Source: Eledone cirrhosa (Eukaryota). Taken from it: a stretch of 64,000 nucleotides of DNA. Shown here one piece after another: positions 57,326-64,000 of the stretch; the first letter of the stretch is position 1, and every line of letters begins with the position of its first letter. Both the position numbers and the translations under genes were made by a program. The notes under the pieces are model-generated. The model had not been told where the DNA came from. It worked only from the letters and a program-made list of their open reading frames with translations, and ran no database searches. The stretch is taken from NCBI GenBank assembly GCA_964016885.1, contig OZ024761.1:12090001-12154000 (forward strand). The letters are read 5' to 3'.

Positions 57326-57360
<35 letters not shown>

Positions 57361-58026
57361 TATATATATATACACAAATACATATACATACATATATATA
57401 TATATATACACGCACATATTCACGCATATATATATACACACACACATATATATATATACACATATACACGTATAAATATATACATACATATATATATATA
57501 CACATACACACATACATATATATATATACACATATACACGTATAAATATATACATACATATATATATATACACATACACAAACACATATATATACATACA
57601 CATATACACGTATAAATATATATATACATACACATATACACATATATATACATATATATCAAGGGAGTAAGAAAGGTTAAAAAAAAAAACAAGCATAACA
57701 TTGAGAAAAAGAAAATCTACATACATACATATATGTATATATAATACATACACATATACACGTATAAATATATATATATACATACATATATGTATATATA
57801 ATACATACACATATACACGTATAAATATATATATATACATACATATATGTATATATAATACATACACATATACACGTATAAATATATATATATATACATA
57901 CATATATGTATATATAATACATACACATATACACGTATAAATATATATATATACATACATATATGTATATATAATACATACACATATACACACCTGTATT
58001 TATTGTATACTCCATCGGAAGGAAAG

Positions 58027-58412
58027 ATGACTTGTACTTACCCCTCAGATTTCTCGGGAAGGATTGGCTCTTCCTACCCGGAGTCGAACCTAACCACACT
58101 ACACCCACATCACCCTCAGCCCCACCACGCGCAAAGCCCTATCCCCACTGGTACTGTTTTATCCCAAGTACCACCGCCGCCACCACCACCACCACCACCG
58201 CTGCCACCAGCACAACTGCCACCACCACCACCACCAATGCAAGCCTGTGGGCCGCCTGCAATGTCAACACCACCTAGCTATACCACCATGGGGCCTTACC
58301 AATCCTACCTTGGAGATCTATACTGTTCACCTGACCTGGGGTACTATGACTCCTACTACCATAAAGATGCTGAGCTCAGCAGTTGTCGATATGGATTTTC
58401 TAATTTTCCAAG
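58027..58412 (+). CDS. Probable alternative exon of the same gene (Pro/Tyr-rich); alternative first exon (ATG 58027) or cassette exon (acceptor 58047-58048)
   Basis: Unique open frame MTCTYPSDFSGRIG...polyP...RYGFSNFP ending at donor CCAAG|GTATTT in phase 2, the same phase as exon 40987-41209. Confidence 0.55.
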
Positions 58413-58475
58413 GTATTTTTTTAATAGAAATTCTTTACTTTTGTTGGGTTTTTTTAAAATCAATTTCCACACAAG

Positions 58476-58772
58476 TTAACCCCTTCCATATGTTTCTTAA
58501 CCCCTTCCATATGTTTCTTAACCCTTTCGTTATGTTTCTTAACCCCTTCCATGTTTCTTAACCCTTTCCATATGTTTCTTAACCCCTTCCATATGTTTCT
58601 TAACCCTTTCCATGTTTCTTAACCCCTTCCATATGTTTCTTAACCCCTTCCATATGTTTCATAACCCTTTCCATGTTTCTTAACCCCTTCCATATGTTTC
58701 TTAACCCCTTCCATATGTTTCATAACCCTTTCCATGTTTCTTAACCCCTTCCATATGTTTCTTAACCCTTTC
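58476..58772. repeat. 19-21-bp minisatellite TTAACCCCTTCCATATGTTTC
   Basis: About 14 units. Confidence 0.9.
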
Positions 58773-59487
58773 ATTACGACCCTTCTGAGTTCAAGTCCTG
58801 CCAAGGTTAACTTTGCCTTTCATACTTACAGGGGTCGATAAACTAAAGTACCAGTAACACACTGGGGTTGATTTAATTGACTTTTCCGTCCCCCAAATTG
58901 TTGGTCTTGGACCAAAATCAGAAACAATTATCTTCTTCATAATTAAAAACACCATATTTCAGGTAATTGAACCCTTAATTACCACAGTCTTAATGACTTT
59001 CAGGTAATTGAACCCTCTCATTACCATAGTCTTAACGAATTTCAGGTATTCCTAATTAAAGTCACTGTATTCCAATTAATTAAACCCTTCTATGACTGTA
59101 TTTGTAATTAAAGACACTATTTCAATTAATTAAACCTTATTGCTAATTAAAGACACTATTTCAATTAATTAAACCTTGTCTGACTGTATTGCTAATTAAA
59201 GACACTGTATTCCAATTAATTTCATCCTTTTTGCGACTGTATTTCATTATTAAGATGGTATTTGAGGTCAGTTAATCAGTCAAATTGGTAGAGAATCAGA
59301 GAAAATGGTTTGCAATATTTTGTTAAGACTCTCTTATTCCTGAGAAGGTCCTGGTTAAGGTGAGAGTCCCCTCAACTAATCCCCCCATCTCTTATTCCTG
59401 AGAAGGTCCTGGTTAAGGTGTCCCCTCAACTAATCCCTCCAGTAGGTCCTGTTAGAAGCAACCTTCTCTAATTGATCTCCTCAGCAG

Positions 59488-60545
59488 CTGTTGTTGTCAT
59501 TATTGTTGGTGTTCTTGTTGTCACTGTTCTTGTTGTCACTGTTGTTGTTGTCACTGTTGTTGTTGTTGGTGTTGTTGTTGTTGTCATTGATGTTGTTGTC
59601 ACTGTTGTTGTCATTATTGTTGGTGTTGTTGTTGTCACTGTTGTTGTTGTTGGTGTTGTTGTTGTTGTCATTGATGTTGTTGTCACTGTTGTTGTCATTA
59701 TTGTTGGTGTTCTTGTTGTCACTGTTGTTGGTGTTCTTGTTGTCACTGTTGTTGTTGTTGGTGGTGTTGTTGTTGTCATTGATGTTGTTGTTGTTGTTGT
59801 TGTTGTTCTCCACCCCTCCCCCTCCCCCTGTTCCTATTCCATCCAAGTCTGATAACTGGAATTCCTCTATTCCTCTCTACCTTTCATTCTTTTAATCTTC
59901 TCCTGGTTCCAGCCATAAGGCCATGCTGGAGCACCACCTTCAAGAGATTTTTTTCTTACTCCATCGCATCAATCAATGACAATACCTCCCCAGCTTTATT
60001 GATCTCTGTTTATTGAACTGCTAAGTTACAGGACATATAAACAAACTGTAAACATAGATACACACGCATACAGAAGCACACACACACACGCTCACACAGA
60101 CACAGAACAAACACACATACAGGCACACACACACACAGACACACAAAAACACACACACATACTGACACACACAAACACAAAAACACACACACACTGACAC
60201 TGACACACACACACACTGACACTAACACAAACACACATACACACACACAAACAGAGACACACAGACAGACACATACAAACACACGCGCACACTGACACAG
60301 ACACTGACACAGACACTGACACAGACACACTCGCTGCATCTCTCAACTTGTTTCGTCTGTTTGTCATCAATTTAATGAGGTTCAGTTTCCTAAGACCAGT
60401 GTTCCCTCATCTTGGTCTTCCTTGGTCTTCCTTGGTCTTCTTTGGTCTTCTTTGGTCTTCCTTGGTTTTCTTTGGTCTTCTTTGGTCTTCCTTGGTCTTC
60501 TTTGGTCTTCTTTGGTCTTCCTTGGTCTTGTTTGGTCTTCCTCTT
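59488..60545. repeat. (GTT)n-based, (CA)n and 10-bp (yttggtcttc)n arrays
   Basis: Direct observation. Confidence 0.85.
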
Positions 60546-60726
60546 CCACCTTCCACTTACAAACCATAGCAGTTCCCCACCTAACAACAATCATCATCAT
60601 TATCATACACATGATGTTGGCCACATTTATAAAGGAAGGAAGGGGGAACTTTCTTACTCAATCCCTTCAGATTCTAGATTATTCTCACAGTTACTAGAAA
60701 GTCAGAAATATGATCACAAACAGTCA

Positions 60727-61610
60727 TTAACCCTTTAGCATTTACATTACTCTATATATACTATTGTATTTTCACAGTAAAGGTTTTACCTCACATAATA
60801 TCTCACATAACATTTACATTACTCTATATATACTATTGTATTTTCACAGTAAAGGCTTTACCTCACATAATATCTCACATAACATTTACATTACTCTATA
60901 TTTACTATTGTATTTTCACAGTAAAGGCTTTACCTCACATAATAGCTCACATAGCATTTACATTACTCTATATATACTATTGTATGTTCATGGTAAAGGC
61001 TTTACCTCACATAATATCTCACATAACATTTACATTACTCTATATATACTGTTGTATTTTCATGGTAAAGGCTTTATCTCACATAATATCTCACATAACA
61101 TTTACATTACTCTATATATACTATTGTATTGTCACAGTAAAGGCTTTACCTCACATAATAGCTCACATAGCATTTACATTACTCTATATATACTGTTGTA
61201 TGTTCATGGTAAAGGCTTTACCTCACATAATATCTCACATAATATTTACATTACTCTATATATACTGTTGTATTTTCATGGTAAAGGCTTTATCTCACAT
61301 AATATCTCACATAACATTTACATTACTCTATATATACTATTGTATGTTCATGGTAAAGGCTTTATCTCACATAATATCTCACATAATATTTACATTACTC
61401 TATATATACTGTTGTATTTTCATGGTAAAGGCTTTATCTCACATAATATTTACATTACTCTATATATACTATTGTATTTTTGTGGTAAAGACTTCATCAT
61501 ATTGAATATGTGAGATTTTGATGTTATTTATTTTGAGAACAATACCTTAACATCAGTATGAGTGGCCAGTTACAGCTTTTTTGAACAGGAAGAGATGAGA
61601 GAATTCTGGA
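60727..61610. mobile_element. TTAA MITE with ~12 x 63-bp array
   Basis: TTAA-ccctttagcatttac start; right part matches 12040-12200. Confidence 0.75.
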
Positions 61611-61932
61611 TGTGATAATTTTAAAATAATTTTAAATAGGGGAAACCAACATGAGGTAGAATAAGCATAAAAAAGATAAAGATTATCTGAATCTTGCACA
61701 AGATTTCATATATGCTTTCATATATATACCTATGATGAAACACGCCGTGTTAGTGCCACTACCTATGTAACATTACACATCAGACATCATATATACTTTC
61801 ATACACATACTTATGATGAAACACACCATGTTAGTGCCACTACCTATGTAATATTGTCTGATTTTAGCCAAAGAATCAAAACTACACCACCCACCCCCCT
61901 AAATTATTCCCCATATGATGGGTTACACACAA

Positions 61933-61979
<47 letters not shown>

Positions 61980-61982
<3 letters not shown>

Positions 61983-62870
61983 GGTGCGGACGATATTTGT
62001 TCGCAAGATTACTGTCTAGGAAAAGATACCACAGTAGTTTTACTTTTTAAGATATATTTATCAAACTTGGGTCAGTTTGTCTTCATGACTTGTTCTTTCG
62101 ATCTCACTCAATAAACCCGCCATTGGCTTTGATGACAGCCTCAAGGCGGCCTTGGAACCGGCTACAGGCCTTCGTCACTGTCCCCCGACTTAGGCCCCTA
62201 AAGGCACTTGTGGTCCTGGCCTTCAGATCGTCTTTCGTATTGCAGCTAGATCTGTTGGTGTCTCGTTCCACTGCGCCCCACACAAAGAAGTTGAGGGGGT
62301 TGCAGTCAGGCGAGCTGAGAGGCCAGATGTCAGGTGAAGTGTGGTCGACGAAGTTTTCTGACAGCCAGGCTTGGGTCTTTCGGCTGGTATGGCAGGGCGC
62401 TGAGTCTTGCTGCCACACGTACGGCCTACCTGCAGCTACCTGGTCGATCCAGGGCTTTACTACCTCGCTCAGAATGCGGATGTAGCCATCAGTGTTCAGC
62501 TTGAGGCCCTCAGGGAAGAAGTGAGGTGGCATGATGTCACCTTGACTGCTGACGACACCTAAGACCAATGTTGTCGCTGGAAACTGTGTCTGCATGACTC
62601 TGGGCACGTCTTTGGATGAGACAGCGAGCCACCTGTTATTCTGGGAGTTGATCTTCTGGTCTTTATTTGTCCTCCAGGTGCGGATTCCAAGAAGAACTCC
62701 GTGTCTCTTCCACAAATTTGGAGGTTCAAACTTATTCATAATCAATTATTCTGAAAATAAATAATGGAAATATAGTCACTGTTTTTATGAAGACAAGAGT
62801 GACAATGGAAGTAAAAAAAACTTTGCATAAAATTAGCAGTTGAAAATTGCGAACAAATATCGTCCACACC

Positions 62871-62873
<3 letters not shown>
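61980..62873 (-). mobile_element. Internally deleted Tc1/mariner (maT/DD37D-like) transposon
   Basis: 27-bp TIRs cagggtgyggacgatatttgttcgcaa in (TA)n; QQDSAPCH, WPLSSPDCNPLN, GGFIE. Confidence 0.9.
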
Positions 62874-62920
<47 letters not shown>

Positions 62921-63618
62921 AAGGTATATATTGAGTTAGAAACTCAAAATAGTCTCTTACAATTAAATAGCTCAAGGAAAGAGATTTTTCCAGGCTGTGT
63001 AATATAATTGAATATAAAAGAGAGATAAACACAGATATATACATATATGTTCAAATTGTAAGGGACCAGATTCGCTAGGGTGAAAAAAATACTAACTATG
63101 AACAATAGGGTTTGCCAGATAAAATAATAAATCAAGAAAAGAAATACAGTTGCCCGAATTTGGGGCAACTACCAGACAGCCAGACAGCTTTTGGCAATAC
63201 TGTTTCGCAATTCTAGTGAAGGGAATTATCAATTCTTTTACTCATCAGTGGTTGTAAAATTAGTAAACCCTTCACTTCTAAGTATCTCAGAAGACTGAAT
63301 AGTGTACGCATATAAAATGACGCACCTGGCATCAGAACCTAGCTTGTCTCATAAACGTACGCTACTAAAAGTAGCAGCCAAGTTTACTCGTCATTTAAAT
63401 TAGTTCTACAAATTCAAGAAGCCAAATATATCAAAGGTATATATTGAGTTATGATTTGAACACATATATGTGTTTATCTGCGCTTATCTCTCTTTTATAT
63501 TCAATTATATATATATATATATATATTTCAAACCCACTCACTGTTTCAAAAATATTCTTACTTGACATTACAGTCGCTAAGTTTATAGCTTCTAATTTGA
63601 ATGGAAAAAGACGGGTGA

Positions 63619-63686
63619 TGTGTTGGTGTAAATGGTAGCACAGTGGTCCGGATAACCAAAGATGTGGGTTCGACTCCCATGTACGT
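63619..63686 (+). other. tRNA-like Pol III head (SINE or pseudo-tRNA)
   Basis: A-box tggtgtaaatgg, B-box ggttcgactcc; cloverleaf imperfect. Confidence 0.5.
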
Positions 63687-63791
63687 CAATACACATCTTT
63701 TTCCATTTCTCCGAGGGTTCTTAACCCCACTATCAGGCTAAATAATTTCTTTAATTTCTTTAGTCAAAATACGGCGATAGCTAACATTTAT

Positions 63792-63849
<58 letters not shown>

Positions 63850-63927
63850 TGTTGTTACAGCTCACACTTATGCAGGTTTAGCTGGCCTCCTCCAAGGTAT
63901 ATCCCATCGGAGGTCTCTTGGGTGTTT

Positions 63928-64000
63928 TAATGATAGGGACCCCAGTCCCTATCATCTCATTTCAACAGCTGAGTAAACTGGAGCAATGTGAAATAAAGTG
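63928..64000 (-). mobile_element. SINE family 2 fragment (runs off the window)
   Basis: Nearly identical to 29918-29990. Confidence 0.8.

Noticed and set aside
58476-58772. Telomere-like repeat
   Set aside because: The unit is 19-21 bp, not (TTAGGG)n.
61730-61855. Duplicated tatgatgaaacac motif as hammerhead or C/D box
   Set aside because: No stem II or partner box; a simple local duplication.
63619-63686. Functional tRNA gene
   Set aside because: Acceptor and anticodon stems do not pair properly; better explained as a SINE head.

Overview
Repeat-dense metazoan genomic DNA; the repeat landscape suggests an octopus or other coleoid cephalopod (inference). Most of the window is intronic: (TA)n, (CA)n and triplet microsatellites, minisatellites, RTE, CR1-like, R4/Dong-like, CRE-like and Tx1-like LINE pieces, tRNA-derived SINEs, Helitrons, MITEs and a deleted Tc1/mariner. 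Three + strand exon-like islands (14923-15346, 40987-41209, ~58027/58049-58412) appear to encode the N-terminal region of Suppressor of Hairless/RBPJ (CSL), including a PxDLS CtBP motif and the GSLTPPDK[V/I] Groucho motif. The DNA-binding core is not in the window. The most striking unannotated signal is about 8-10 families of short, non-coding, often palindromic elements lying in (TA)n tracts. Most carry a recognisable type-I hammerhead ribozyme (stem I-CUGAnGA-stem II-GAAA-stem III-NUH-stem I'), with stem II covariation and mostly palindromic, dimer-type stem III. They resemble Penelope-like pseudo-LTRs or retrozyme-like elements, and a Penelope-like RT fragment is also present. Most long ORFs in the track are microsatellite artefacts. 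Coordinates and pairings were read by eye, and no searches or folding programs were run.
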